Assembly: GCA_976551045.1 (NCBI GenBank)
Contig: CDPCPM010000280.1
Location: 1,612,001-1,676,000, forward strand
Origin: Glaucostegus cemiculus
Taxonomy: Eukaryota
Direction of reading: 5' to 3'
Length of the DNA stretch: 64,000 nucleotides
Shown in pieces: positions 25,545-38,974 of this stretch. The notes beneath the pieces were generated by a model. The model made no database searches and was not told the origin of the DNA. It saw only the letters and a program-made list of their open reading frames with translations. The first letter of the stretch is position 1, and the number at the start of each line of letters is the position of its first letter. Both the position numbers and the translations under genes were made by a program.

Positions 25545-26468
25545 ATATCAGGCCAACAGGTCCACAGATGATGCAGTATCCTCTGCCCTGCATTCAGCAC
25601 TAACTCACCTGGAAAAATAAGATACATATGTCAGAATGCTGTTCATCGACTTCAGCTCCACATTCAACACCACCATCCAACAACAGTTGATCGGGAAGTT
25701 GAGCACACTGGGCTTTAACCTCTCTGCAACTGGATACTGGACTTTCTCACCTGCAGGCCACAGTCAGTCAAAATAGGAGAAAAATCCTCGAGCACCATCA
25801 CACTGAGCACTGGCTCCCCTCAGGGTCGTGTGCTCAGCCCGCTCCTGTTCACCCTGCTGACTTACGACTGCGTGGCCAGATCCAGCTCCAACCACATTGT
25901 TAAATTCACTGACGACATGACGGTGGTGGGTATCGTCACGAGCAACTATGAAACAAACTACAGAGCAGAGGTGAAGCAACTGGCCAGTGGTGCAGCAACA
26001 ACAACCTCTCCCTGAATGTGGAGAAGACTAAGGAGATGGTAGTGGACTTCAGTAAAGATCGCCGTGTGCATTCCCCGCTGACCATCAATGGGTCTGCAGT
26101 GGAACAAGTCAGCAGCACCAGGTTCCTGGGGGTGCACATCGCTGATGACCTGACCTGGTCCATCAACACCACAGCCCTCATCAAGAAAGCCCAGAAACAC
26201 CTCTACTTCCTGCGGAGATTGGGGAAAGTGAACTCCCATCCATCCATCGTGAAAACGTTTTATAGAGGAACCATCGAGAGTATCCTGACACACTGCATTA
26301 CAATCTGGTATGGGAGCTGTTCAGCCAATGGGCGGAAGTCCCTGCAAAGAATAGTGAGAGCTGCAGAGAAGATTATAGGTGTCTCTCTATCCTCTATTGC
26401 GGACATATGTATAGACTGATGTGTCAGAAAGGCCACAAATATAACGTCTGACCCTTCTCACCCAGTTC
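25545..26468 (+). mobile_element. Rex1/Babar LINE reverse transcriptase (pseudogenised)
   Basis: [94 protein letters not shown]. Contains stops and frameshifts. Confidence 0.93.
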
Positions 26469-26469
26469 T

Positions 26470-26720
26470 TGATTCTCTCACCAAACACCCATTTAGGAGA
26501 GCCCGTCCATCATGTACGTGTGTGATATTCTGTCAAAGGCCTTCTGCTTGTCCAAGCTGATGATGTAGGTGTCCTGTCCCACATGTAGTCAGTGGTATCC
26601 CTGAGCACCGCAAAGCTGACACAGATTTGCCAGCCAGGTATGGCACAGGTTTGTTTCGGTGGATCACTGTTCTTAGAACAGTTTTGATTCAATTGATGAT
26701 GACCTTGGACAGGACCTTGG
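26470..26720 (-). mobile_element. L1/Tx1-type RT fragment
   Basis: Minus strand reads KQTCAIPG.QI..SFAVLRD and YIISLDKQKAFDRISHTYM. Confidence 0.8.
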
Positions 26721-27317
26721 ACCGATGTACATGTGACTAATAAAGATATCTTTTCTCTTGTAAAGATTGCATGGCTGGCAAGGTGAAGGGAACATGATGT
26801 GTTGCTGCAGTGCATCCTGTACATTGGACAAACTAAATCAGCTGTGTCCTCACCTGATATGAGTACACATAAAAAAAGTCAGGACTAAGGACCTGGAATA
26901 TTTCTGCCATATTTTTCCGTTCCCTAACTCTCAAAATTAAATTATCAATTATTATTCTACTAAATAGTGACAACTATGAACAAATGAAAACAAAATACAG
27001 ATGATTTGTGGATCTCCCTTTGTCTATATGGATCACTTGGTAAATTTTCTTGTTTTGCCCAAGCTGGATCACAGACCATCTTTTCCCCCAGAATAAATTT
27101 CATCCTCGTTAGTATTCTACAAATATGGAACTACATAGAGAGGTCCTTCAGTCAACCCTGCATCCTCATCAAACGTGAAATCAGGGGTAGATTTTCTGCC
27201 TATTATCTGTGACCAAGTGAAAACTTAAGACCCTTGAAATACTGTGCTATTGCCCACTTAAATATATTCTCTCCTGGGATTCCTCGTCTGTCCAGCTCCC
27301 CTTTTCCTTCTTCCTAT

Positions 27318-27601
27318 GTAGTGGTTAGCGTAACGCTATTCCAGCACCAGCGACCCGGGTTCAATTCCGGCCCCTGTCTGTAAGGAGTTTGTATGTTCTC
27401 CTCATGTCTGTGTGGGTTTCCTCCAGGTGCTCTGGTTTCCTCCCACATTCCAAAGATGTACAGGTTAGGAAGTTGTGGGCATACTATGTTGGTGCCAGAA
27501 GCGTGGCGACACTTGCGGGCTGCCCCCAGAACACTCTACACAAAAGATGCATTTCACTGTGTGTTTCGATGCACATGTGACTAATAAAGATCTTATCTAT
27601 C
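27318..27601 (+). mobile_element. tRNA-derived V-SINE (HE1-like head and body) with a non-CR1 tail
   Basis: A box gtagtggttagcg, B box ggttcaattcc, V-domain gtgggtttcctccaggtgctctggtttcctcccacattccaaag, tail gtgactaataaagatcttatct. Confidence 0.9.
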
Positions 27602-28096
27602 TCCCTGCATTCTACCTATTTTTAAATTTAGCATCACATTTATTGCTTCCTCACATTTTCTCCTAGTTTTTTTTTGCTCTTCATAGTGTCCTATATCGCA
27701 ACCTTCGTGTTTCACCTGTGACTTCAAGCTTAATTATTAACAGTAATAAAACTGTTCATGGACGTTAGCAGTTTAGAACAATTCTGATAAGAGAGATTAG
27801 GCCAGCTTGACTTTGCTGATAATCCACAGGTTAACGTTAATGGAGGGCAGGCTGACCCAGAGAGAAACAGATTGACTCAAGCAATGAGAGAAGTCAAATC
27901 CAAGAAGCCCTAAGTTATAACTAATTCTACTCAGTTTGGTCTTTGACTTGCTTTACTTATATTTTTTTTACTTTGCTTTATGGATATTTTGTTTCTGTTT
28001 CTTTGGCTTTTGTGCAAGTGGAATCGAACTAATTGGAATGATTTAAGCCTGTCGCCCAACTATCATTAATGTTAACTCTTCATTGCTTTGTTTTAG

Positions 28097-28775
28097 GGAA
28101 ATGTGGGCTTATGCACATTGGTAGGAAGAGTAAAGGTGTAGACTATTTTCTAATTGGGAAGAGAATTCAGAAATTGAGGTGCAAAGGGACTAGTTTAGAA
28201 TCCTAGTTCAGGATTCATTTAAGGTTAACTTGCAGGTTGAGTCAGCAGTAAAGAAGGCAAATGCAATGTGAGCATTCATTTCGAGAGAACTAGAACATAA
28301 AAGCAAAGATGTACTGCCGAGGCTTTATAAGGCATTGGTCAGACCACATTTGGATGTGCTGGCCCTGGAGATGGTCCAGAAGAGGTTCACAAGAATGATC
28401 CCATGACTGAGAAACTTAATGTATGAAGAGCGTTTGATGTCTCTGAACCCTGTACTAGATGGAATTCAGAAGGACGAGGGGGATCTCATTAAAACCTACT
28501 GGATACTGAAAGGCCAGGACAGAGTGTACGTGGAGAGGAGTAGGAGAGTCTAGGACTGAGGGCAAAGTCTCAGAATAAAGGGATGTCCCTTTGAAACTGA
28601 AATGAAGAAGAATTTCTTCAGCCAGAAGGTAGTGAATCTGTGGAATTTGTTGCCACAGAGGGCTGTGAAGACCAAGTTGTTGGGCATATTTAAGGCAGAG
28701 CTTGATAGGTTCTTGATTGGTAAGGGAGTTCAGGACTTTGGGGAGAATGGGGTTGAAAAAAAAAAATTCATGTTG
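28097..28775 (+). mobile_element. CR1 LINE ORF2 3' portion
   Basis: LYKALVRPHL, VQKRFTRMIP, KKNFFSQKVVNLWNLLPQRAV, FKAELDRFL. Confidence 0.9.
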
Positions 28776-28875
28776 ACTATTGGTGAAGTTAGAGCTTTTG
28801 CGGGACAGAAATGCCTGTGGAAGGACTTTAATGATCATCAGCCAAGGGATCAACAGGCTGTGTCAAGAGCTAACC

Positions 28876-28916
28876 ATAGAACAATACAGCACAAAACAGG
28901 CCCTTCGGCCCACCAA
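28876..28916 (-). mobile_element. CR1/HE1 3' tail stub
   Basis: atagaacaatacagcacaaaacaggcccttcggcccacca. Confidence 0.7.
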
Positions 28917-29477
28917 TTTCGGATGATGATGAGGAGGAGGAACAAATCCTTTCCAACAGGCGGAGAGGCAAAACAAGTCACTGCCCACCGCTACCGCCGG
29001 CCTTCACCTCAGCCTAAGCTAACAATAGGATAGTTATGCACAGCCTCTGAATGGGATTGCCCAAGCTTTGAGTTGAAAAGTTTTTTCTCACTCAGAACTG
29101 ATATTTTCAAATCTAATTTTGTCCCAAAACAAACTCTCATTGCATGGACACTGCCATTGGCAAACAAATGGTAGAGCGGTCCCCTAACATGAAGAGAGAA
29201 AGGGCATTGCCTGATGTAATATTAAGCACTACAGACCAAAAAGATGCTTGGTTCTCGATTGATCTCCTCCCTACAGCTTTGCATGAGGAGTGACTCTATG
29301 AGTAAGGCACTGTAGATATACAAGAAAGGTGAGTCAGCATGAGTCAGTGCTTTCAGGAAAGGTGGGCCAAAGCATGAAAAAGGTAGAGCAAATTGGAATT
29401 TTAGTTCAATGTGTGGTACAGGATCAGTGATCGCCTCCCTTTTTCTCACTCAGGTTCCAAAACTACTAACCTGCAGC

Positions 29478-30955
29478 ATGCATTTGAAGTGTAGTTCACT
29501 GATTGTTGTGAAGATGTAAATTCCACATTGGTTATCAGAAGCCTATGAGAAGCTGCAACTTTAATAGGACTTTCCAAAGGATTTCCACAGCATTCTAATT
29601 GTTCTAGATCTGAAGTGAATAAATAGACGACTTTAAAAAATAATCCAGTAACTTGACTAGACAAAATAGATAGTACTGTTATATATTATAGCCCTAGTGC
29701 TCCTCCAGTATTGATTTGTGCACTTATGGAACAGCACTTGATGTATTAACCATGCTGGAGTGCACCAGAAATAGAAGTGGAAGCACATGTGAATAATGCA
29801 TTTGGATGGGAGACCCATCTCTCTGAAACATAGCAAGCATGCACTGTAGACAGAGCACATCTTTATGAGCCTGTAGAAAGCAGCTGCACTTATAAAGGAA
29901 AATAAAGTCACACCATTGTGAACTATCCTGGGAGAGCTTGCAATGTAAAACATTGTTCACAGGCACTGGAAAAAAATAATAATTGTGTAAGCCAGTTCCA
30001 CGCAGAATTTATTTTCAAAGTACAAGTCCTTCGTATTGCAGTTAATTTCTTAGTACTTGGATTGCTCATTACTTTGCAAATGCCTCAGTGGCTAAGAAAC
30101 CCTGTGAGAATTGCAGTGAGATTTATATTTTTCCATTTTTCCAGCAAGTTTATTTCTTTAAGTACATTTCTTTTGATCCTATTTTAGTTACCCTACTTCC
30201 TAAGAACAGGCTAGGAGTCATTCCCTATTGATGAGTGACCAGCTCTCTAGCCTCTGCTAATGGTGCTTTGTATCCAGCCTGTATTAGTTGTACCTCAGTG
30301 TTAACACTCGCATCTCTCTGAAGAATGTTAAGAGTTCAAATCCCATATCAAAAACTTGGGCACAAAATCCAGGCTGACACTCTGATATTTTCTGTGGGAG
30401 TGCCGTACTTTCAAAGTGGGTGAGACATTAAACTAGGGCTCTGCCTTCTCAGGTGGATGCACGGAAGATTTTGTGATCCTTCTTCCTGCTGCTGTTTATC
30501 CCGGAATCAATGTTACTGAAACAATATCTTATTGTTGTTTCTGGGACTTTGTTGTGTACAATCAAAAGCTAATTTCCCACAATAGAATAGTTACAATGTT
30601 TCAAAGTAACTTTAGAAAGTTTTGATGCATTCTGAGCTCACAAATGTCTGACATGAATTTGTCTTTTTAACTTTCTTCTTTTCCTGAAGCATGGCTATAT
30701 AGCTTTGAGCCATATGGAAGAAAAGATGCCTGATTGGAATGGCAGGCTGGGCTGAGTTAGGGGCTCTTAATTAGATTCGTCACTGTGCTTGACTTAAAAA
30801 AAACTTCGTCCCTGAATAACTGGATGCACTTGAAATGTAGTTGTAAATTCCACATTGGTTATCAGAAGCCTGTGAGAAGCTGCAACATTAGTAGGGCTTT
30901 CCAAAGGACTTCCACAGCATTCTAATTGTTCTAGATCTGAAGTGAATAAATAGAC
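29478..30955 (+). repeat. Local direct duplication (29478-29628 and 30824-30955)
   Basis: tgtaaattccacattggttatcagaagcct...ttccacagcattctaattgttctagatctgaagtgaataaatagac occurs twice. The first copy has a short extra insert. Confidence 0.92.
30290..30660 (+). mobile_element. DeuSINE (SacSINE1/AmnSINE-like), degraded
   Basis: B box gagttcaaatccc; cttgggcacaaaatccaggctgacact; gagacattaaac...ctctgccttctcaggtggatg; tgtttctgggactttgttgtgtacaa. Confidence 0.75.
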
Positions 30956-31649
30956 TCACTGCCTAGATTCAGTCAAAAGATCACTCTGGAGGGCTGGCAG
31001 TGCTAGTGAAACTGCTCTGGAGGAGGAAAGAAATTAGTGATGGCATTTCAGAAGGAAAGGTCTGGCACCTCGTAGCTACTTACATCTGTACCACTGGCAG
31101 CCCTGCAGAGGTTCTTTCACAAGAGCCTGTTAACTTCAAAACTTGTGTTTTGGAGGATTAACAAATTTTGGGATCAGTGAATCTGGTCTGAATTTTATTT
31201 GTATGCTCGTCCCCACTGAATTATGTATGAAGAATTTCAGATAGCTCTTGATGAATGGTACTCTGCTGATGAGGGGAGTTTAAACTGTGTTACATACAAT
31301 AAGAGCTTCAGCAAGAGGACTGTAGGCAGCACATCCGTCTCCAGACAGCAGCAGCTCATAGACAGCAGCCACTGATACCCTCACAAGGAGACAAGAGATG
31401 CTGACTGTGTCAACAGTCTGCCAAAACATACTTTATCGATCTTCTTGCTGGCACAAACCTGTACTTAGGTCTATAGCGTGAGGCTGTTTTATAAATATTT
31501 TATGTACCTTAAAATAATGGAGCTCTTTAAAGGGTGATGTGACTGTTTCAGGAACCAACACAGTCAAAGGAGCTGCAAGCAATTCCTGTCACAGTGACAA
31601 CAAGGTTATGCAGCACAATAGCTTTGATGCAAATGGCCCGCAGGTGTCT

Positions 31650-31990
31650 GCTTTGCTCAGTTGATAACACACTGATCTAAATATTGGTAGATAGTTGAAG
31701 TACCATTCTTAAACCCTGAGCACATAATCTAGACTGACAGTCCAGTGCAATACTGACAGCCTCTACATTGTAAGGGTGAAATGTTGAATTGAATCCTATT
31801 CTGGCTTCTCAGATGATCAGTGAAGATCAAAAAGTGCTAGTCAATGAACGCCTGGAGTTTTTTCAATGTGCTGGCTATTTAGCTAATGTGGGTAAAATGA
31901 CTATGAGGTTATCTCACAAAATTACGATCACTGCACTTGAAAAATAATGTAGCACGTGCAAAGTGCATTAAGCCATTTCTGATAAATTAT
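31650..31990 (+). mobile_element. DeuSINE-like, degraded
   Basis: tgagcacataatctagactgacagtccagtgcaatactga...ttctcagatg. Confidence 0.6.
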
Positions 31991-32109
31991 TACATTGAAT
32001 GCTATTTTCCAGTTCAGAAGACACAGGGGCAAAGCCTTATATCCACTGAGCCAGGAATAGCAGGATGCCAAACTTGGACTTAAACTTTTGAGGGTAGATA
32101 GAATACCTT

Positions 32110-32470
32110 TAAATAACGCACCACAACCCTAGGACATCCCAAACTACCTTTTACGTGTAGTTACTGCTGGTATGCAATACACACAACTGCCAAATTAGAA
32201 GTAACATGGTGACTCAAACAAATTAGACTAATGCTAGTTTAGGTTTTGGTGATATTATCGAACAGCTAAATGTTGGCAAGGCACTGGGAAGAATTCATCT
32301 GCTCCTCTTCAAAATACTTACGTCATCTGAGAGATTAGGCAAGGCCTCAGTTTAATGTTGCCTCCAAAATCAGCAGCTGCAACAATGTAGTAGGCACTGA
32401 ACCGTCAGCCTAAGAGTAAAACTTGAACGCAGGACCTTCTGATTCCAGGGTGAAACTGCTCCTATTGCAC
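32110..32470 (-). mobile_element. DeuSINE-like, degraded
   Basis: catctgagag...ggcctcagtttaatgtt...gcactgaaccgtcagccta...cttgaac...accttctgattc is the reverse complement of the Deu head and body. Confidence 0.65.
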
Positions 32471-32749
32471 TATGACTGCCATCCTTGAAGGACTCTAGAC
32501 TAAGAAGAGTTCTGTGATTTTGAATATAGCAGTGACAGGCAGAGATGAGGAAGACCTGGTTATATAGGAGGCTGCATTCAATATCCCCTGAAATAAGATG
32601 CAGAGATTGCATAGGAGAGTTGACCTGCACCAAATCAATTTCTAGCAGCTTGCTAATTAATATAATTGCTTTGAGTGACTGGTCATTTCAGCAGGAGCCC
32701 AAAGCTGAGAGACACTGGGACCACTTAAAGCTAACCATATTATTCTTCT

Positions 32750-33620
32750 ATTCACTTAGGGGATGTGGGTATCACAGCCAAGCCCAACACTTATTGCCTT
32801 TTCCGATTAACCCTTGAGAAGATGGTGGTGAGCTGCCTTATTGAATTACCCCTGTCATTCTGCTGACTGTGCTCTCATGATGTTGTTGAGATGGCAACTT
32901 CCAGATTTAGACCCAGTGCTGGTGACGTGTCCTACTCTGGATGGTGTGTGACTTGGAAGGGAGCTGGGAATGAGTCATTCCCATGGATCTGCTGCCGTGG
33001 CTTTCTGAGTAGTATTGTAGATTTGGGAAGTGTTGTCAAAGAAGTTTTAGTAAGATGTTGTGATGCATCTTGTAGGTGGTATACATTGTAATGATTTGTG
33101 GTTGAGGGAATGAATAGAGATTGGGATGCCAGGCAAGCAGGCTGCTTTGTTTTAAATTATGATGTGATTTTTTTCTCGTGTTGTTAGGGCTGCACTCAAC
33201 TAGGGAACCGAATGGTATTCCATACAATGGACAAGTGCAATGAAGGTGATGAAAAGATTTTGGGGAGTTACATAATACCCAGCTTCTCACCTTACTTTGT
33301 AGCCATAGTAATTAAGTGGCAGGTCCAATAATGTTTCCTCCCTTCCCCCTCAGCATACTGGCACAGGTAAATTTGGTGACGGTAAAGCCACTGAATGTTA
33401 AGGGCAGATGATTAAGCTTGCACCTGGCACTTGGATAGCCCTAACTTAAATATTATCCAGGTCTTGTTGCCTGTAGCCACAAACTGTTCGTTATCTGAAA
33501 AGTTGCAAATGGATCTGAACCCTCCAAACATTATTATACTTCCCCATTTCTGATGCCAGAAGAAAAATCACGGAAGAGGCAACTAAAGGTGGTGGAGCCA
33601 AAGACACTGCCCTGTGAAGC
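32750..33620 (-). mobile_element. Non-LTR LINE 3' portion (same family as 6725-7095)
   Basis: ggatgtgggtatcacagccaagcccaacacttattgcc...cccttgagaagatggtggtgagctgcctt, with RT-like remnants towards 33600. Confidence 0.65.
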
Positions 33621-34406
33621 TTCTAGAGAGCATCATTGCAACAGCCAGTAGAAATCGAACAGCAACTAACCTCAAAGTAATCTTAAGTTGGTGGATGGAG
33701 CATCCTGCTGCTGGATGTGTATGCAACCCTGTATAATTATTACATGAATTTTGTTGCTGCTGAGCTCCAAAATGAGAACACTGGTGTCAAATCAGTATCG
33801 CATACTGATTGACTGGTATTACAATCTACTAATTCTGCAAACTTGTGTTGAGTTTTAGCTGCCCATGCACTAATGCTCCCGCCATTCTGGCATTTCTTTA
33901 GCTACAAGTGTGCACGTATGCATGAAATCCCATTCAGAGCGAATGGAAGTTAACAAATAACATGTTGGGAGCAGGTCTGGCATTAGCAGAACCGTGGGCA
34001 TTGAGGTATTTCTCAAATACTATGAATCCAGACCTGCAAAAGGAAATAAAATGAACTTTTTGGAGTTCAGACTGCTGCTCCTGGGACCAGTTAGAATAGT
34101 ATTGGAGTGCATAAATCACCATCTGCATGGGTGGAATTACCACTGGTTTGGTACTAAACAAGCTTTCCCAAGTCACGTTGCTACATTCAATGTGTGCAAC
34201 TACCGACCACACAAAGCCAGGCAGGAGTCAATACTGGACAGTAGCAATGCAACTGTAGAATTTCTGTATGAGCACAGGTCCTGGAGTGGAATCTGAGCCA
34301 CAATCTTCTGACTCAAAGGGTGACCACCTGAGCCATGCTAGAACTGTGGAAAAACTTTCAGCAACAGTAAAATGGCTCTAAGTTGCCTGCTACCATTAGT
34401 CTGATG

Positions 34407-34490
34407 GAACATAGAACAGTACAGCACAGGAACAGGCCCTTTGGCCCATGGTATCTATGCTGAACATGATGCCAAATTAAACTGATCTTT
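34407..34490 (-). mobile_element. CR1 3' tail stub
   Basis: gaacatagaacagtacagcacaggaacaggccctttggccca. Confidence 0.75.
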
Positions 34491-36177
34491 GGACCTAGTG
34501 CACTAATGTCACTTAACCAAAAAATGAACTGCTTGACTCCTCTACCCATTATCTGATTTTAGATTGTTCTGAGATCACTCTTGGTTGCACTTTTCTCATT
34601 GGCAGGATATGATGCTGGACCCTCTTGCTTGACTGAGTTGATTTGCTTTCTTCTTTAAATAAATTTGTCCATAAATAAATAGATTTGACTGTTAGTAGTT
34701 CACATTCAGCTTATCCACAGCAGATCTCTGCAGCTGGAGAAGTTTGTGGGGGATGGTGCTTGTGGAAGGAATTCTACTTGAAACCCAGTACCATTTCCCA
34801 GAAGAGAAAATCTGGTGCCTCAGTGCTCTGACATCATGAATGCTCACAGATTGATCCTGCAAGCCAGGAAAGAGAAGGCAAAGAGATGAAAGGCAAAGTC
34901 AGCCTTTCTCCGGTCGTTTCCAGTGATATCCATGGACTGGCCCTCAGGCAAAGTGAGCTTCAGAGAACTCATTCATAAATAGCCTTGCCTGGGCGATGAA
35001 CCACCAGAGACAACTTCTGTTCTAATCAACTTCAAAGGGGCACCCTAAAGATATGCTATTTTGATGTGTAACATTTATTACAAAATCTTTGACATTTTTG
35101 TTCATTGAAATGGAGTATTGTTTAATTATAACTGCTGCTAAATGGGTCCTTATAAATTACATATATGTGTGTGTATATGTCTGCGCGAGACACTGTCATA
35201 TTTAAAGATCAGTTACGTGTTATAAAAAGGAATCACAAGTTGAAAGATCTCAATTGTTCATTGTCTTTTTAACTTCAACCATCTTCTCTTTGCTGAGAAT
35301 CTTGGCAACAAATCAGCCTTCTGAATGGTTAATTTTCCATTCATCTTTCACAATCTAGTAATCCATAAATTATATTCAATAGTTCCTTGCCCACTAGAGA
35401 GCCAAGCTCGAGGGAGCACATGGTGAGAATAGGGCCATGATGTAAAAATGACCATCCTCTGACCCAAGTTCTGTCTGAACACAGGATGAGGGTTCACCCC
35501 TCTCGTCAGTGTCCTAAGGGTTTGCTCAGCCATGATCAGTAGCTAACCTTGATTCCAGATCATTGTCCAGAGGCTGTAAGGCTAGTTCATGAATATGAGC
35601 AGCAAATTAGGGCTGAAGACTGAGACACAGTGAGTGTGGTAGAAACAACTGATGGAAAAGCCTAGCTATGTACAGCTGACAGATAATTATGGGGAGCATG
35701 ATGTCTTGTAGTTTTATCTCATTTGAGTCTTTTTTCTGCAGACTGAACAATTGACATTTGTATTCTGCATTTATAGCAAAACCAAGTTGGGTACAAACTC
35801 AATTATGGACAATTCTAAAAGCCTTGTCTCACATACTTTGAGTGAACTGATTACACAGGATCTACTTAACTTGGCTAGGACATACAAAACTAGAAAGGTC
35901 TAAGGATGAGCAGGCTTTTAAGTAAATAGATTCAATGGAATTGCCTTTGGAGCTAAAGATCACATCTTCGGGAGCTGATGTCTCTGAATGAGCCAGATGG
36001 TGTGGAAGAATAATGACATAATTAACTGTTCGCAGTTTAGAGGTGCTTACATTCAAATCCAATTTATTTGCCACAAATGTGGGCACTTCCAATAGAAATT
36101 GTTTTGCCAGACATCACGCCTTCCATCAATGGAATTTATCTTTTAACCATTTGCATAAAATTTAATCTAATCACTCC

Positions 36178-36450
36178 TGATGGCTCAGTTGGCATCAATC
36201 TCCGATCAGTGCTGGGTCAGCTGATGCCAGCGATATAATTGGCCTCAGCTCCCCTCATTGGGAATGGGAAAAAATGTAGCATTATTGTAGTAGCTGCTTC
36301 TGATCACTATTCAGTGGCTTCAACCAGAAAACATGAGTGGATGTTGGGAATGGCAGATCAGGCTCACTTGTGATGCCCTTCTCTGTAAAGTAGCCCATTG
36401 ACACTCATTGCCCAGGCTCACTCATAAAGATACCTTATGTGGACTCAAGT
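36178..36450 (+). mobile_element. Old tRNA-SINE-like repeat (family not named)
   Basis: tggctcagttggc head, gtgctgggtcagctgat, aattggcctcag, ctgatcactattcagtg. Related fragments near 11420 and 15060, and inverted near 51650. Confidence 0.5.
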
Positions 36451-37959
36451 GTTGCTAATGCAGTAGGATTATAGGACAGAGGGTTTGGACACAGCAGCAG
36501 AGGAGTGAAATATAAAGATGACTTATTTCTTTATAAATTATTAAAATAATAGTGGGCAGCTATCCCAGACTGTTGTATTTCTTTTAAACATAGAAATAGA
36601 GGGGGACTTTGAGTGCTGAAGAACATGTAAGGAGGCTATGGCAAGGTTTGAGCACATTTGCTGGTTTAGCCTGCCTTTAAAGGAGTTGAAGTGCGTGCTG
36701 GAAATGGCCACTTTGTGGATTGTTAAGGGTCTGATAACCATTAACCTTGCTGCAAGCTCTCAACATAAAGACCCTGTGCCATTTTGTTGGTTAACTCTTC
36801 TATTAATGACCTTCTGAACACTGAACAGGAGTAAAACGTCATTGTTGAAGATTTCTAGCATTTTTTAAATATGCCATGCTCACCTTTCACTCTTCACTTG
36901 CTGTTACAAGTTAGGGGACTTTCTCACTCAGAGTATGGGCATTGTACTACCTTATTGGACATGCTGTAAGAATCGCCAGGAGAAAATGGGTGTTTGATGG
37001 CAGTGATAAAAAACAATGCCCCTCAGCTCCCTTCCAGTAATTGTATGGAATGCTTTAACTTTGTGTCTCCTATATTTCAACAGTTCGCTAAATCCTTCCT
37101 ATCCATTCTATGTATTTAGGCCCCTCCTTAATTTTATACACTTCAATTATATTTCTACCAGCCTCCTCTGTTCCATGGAATTCAACCTCAGCCTATCTTC
37201 TCTGAGCTAGAAATTGTCCAGACTTTGCAATATCCTCATCAGTTTCTTGTGCTTTAGTATACAGTTTCACAAAACCTGTCTGTGCAAATATAGTCCTTAA
37301 ATATAGCTGTGAAAATGAGCGGTTACACTGCAACACAGACGCATTATTACTTAACCTGCAGACATACTCAGCCTTTGATCACTTTCATCATGCAGGAAAA
37401 AAATATCCAAAGTACTGGTGTGCGTAACAGTAATAAACTTAAAAGTTACCAAGGATGTGACTGATGAACCCGTGGGGCTGAAAAATATGAGCTGAGCAAA
37501 ACCCACCTGAGCTGATGTTCCATTCAGCAATCACGCTCGTGGTCCACAAACTGCTAAGACCCAAAACTTTGGAATTTACTTCCCAAGTTTCTGTACCTTT
37601 CTACCTGTCTTTCCTCTTTTAAGACATTCCTTAACAAATTACAATCAAACTTTGATACTGAAATATTGGAAAAATGGCCAAAGCTTTGATAACTCTCCCA
37701 CCAAGTGCCCTGGAATGTTTTGCTATGTTAAAGACGTTTTGGGCTCTCCTGTAATTCCAACTGCTATAGCTCTGCCTGGTTTGTTTAGAGATATTGTAAA
37801 TGTGAAAATGAAAGTGTTTGCATGGACTTTTAGTAAGTCAAAATAGATGAGTTAAAGCCATCTATTAAAATACTTAAGCAAGTCAAAAGTATATGTTAAG
37901 CATTTGTTCTCTATTATTACCAACATTAATTAAAGCCTGTGTTGCTCTTTTGAACCTAT

Positions 37960-38330
37960 GAAAAAGTTTTTTTTTGCACTAGTATCCACAGCCTTTGGGG
38001 ACAGAGGTTCAGATTTCCATTATCCTTTGTGTGAAAAACTGTTTCCTGATTTCACTCCTGAAAAGCCAGGCTCTAATTTTAAGATTATGCCCCTTGTACT
38101 GAATGCTCCCAACAGAGGAAATAGTTTCTCAGTATCTAGCCTATTGGATCGCTTTATCATTTTAAACATCTCGATTAGATCAACTTTCAACCTTCCAAAC
38201 TCGAGGGAATACAAGCAAGGTTTATGAATGCTGTCTTTTTAATTTAACCCTTTAATCTCCGGAATCATTCTGGTTAATCCGCACTGTACCTCCTTTGAGG
38301 GCAATATATCCTTCTTGAGGTTCATGAACC
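37960..38330 (-). mobile_element. CR1 LINE fragment
   Basis: Minus-strand ORF YSLEFGRLKVDLIEMFKMIK..RLDTEKLFPL and EVQCGLTRMIP. Confidence 0.85.
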
Positions 38331-38944
38331 AAAAACGATTGTCTGAGTAATAGTACAGCTCCACATATAGTCCAACTCTCTTCAGGAAACTGACAATATT
38401 CCACATGCCTTTTTGATTACATGCATTGTGCAATAACTTGACACCTGTACCTGGACTAAGTTCCTCTTCTTCTACACAGTACATAGTCTCAAATCATTTA
38501 GAAAATACTCTCTCCCTAATCTTCCCTGTTCTCTGGGACTGCCCTAACCACCAGTTTCACCTTTAAGAGCATCTTGAAACTCCAGCTCTCTCTGGGCAGC
38601 CTTTGATCACTCTCTTAACTCTTTCCCAAGGGGCCAGCGTCTGTCCTCTTTTTCCTTTATGTTGGACTGGTTTACGGCCTTTGCTAAGGTCTCATTTAAA
38701 AGCAAACTGTTAATTTAAATCAGTAATTATTTGATTTGAAATATCATTAACAAGCTTTCCTTGTACATGCTTCATTGTGTCTCACGTAAGCATGTCACTT
38801 CTACTTGTCCATACCAAGCATAAATGGTTGATCCAAGTAAATCAATTGGTTTTGACAAATACAGACCCAGAAATTGCTTGTGCAGATTGTGTAGTAATGA
38901 CAGAAGTGAAACCCATTAACTGAAAGCTCTTTATCTCTCCCTAG

Positions 38945-38974
38945 GTACACCAGACCCCTCATCTGACAACGAAG
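38945..38974 (+). CDS. Candidate 30-nt micro-exon (GTPDPSSDNE if entered in phase 1)
   Basis: ctctttatctctccctag| ... gaag|gtaaag. Frame-preserving and open in the phase left by exon 17953-18128. No homology support. Confidence 0.4.

Noticed and set aside
26018-26419. 133-aa ORF as a host gene
   Set aside because: It is part of a disrupted Rex1/Babar reverse transcriptase.
27318-27375. tRNA-like A/B boxes here and at 51849-51915
   Set aside because: These are SINE heads that continue into V-domain and tail, with no complete cloverleaf.
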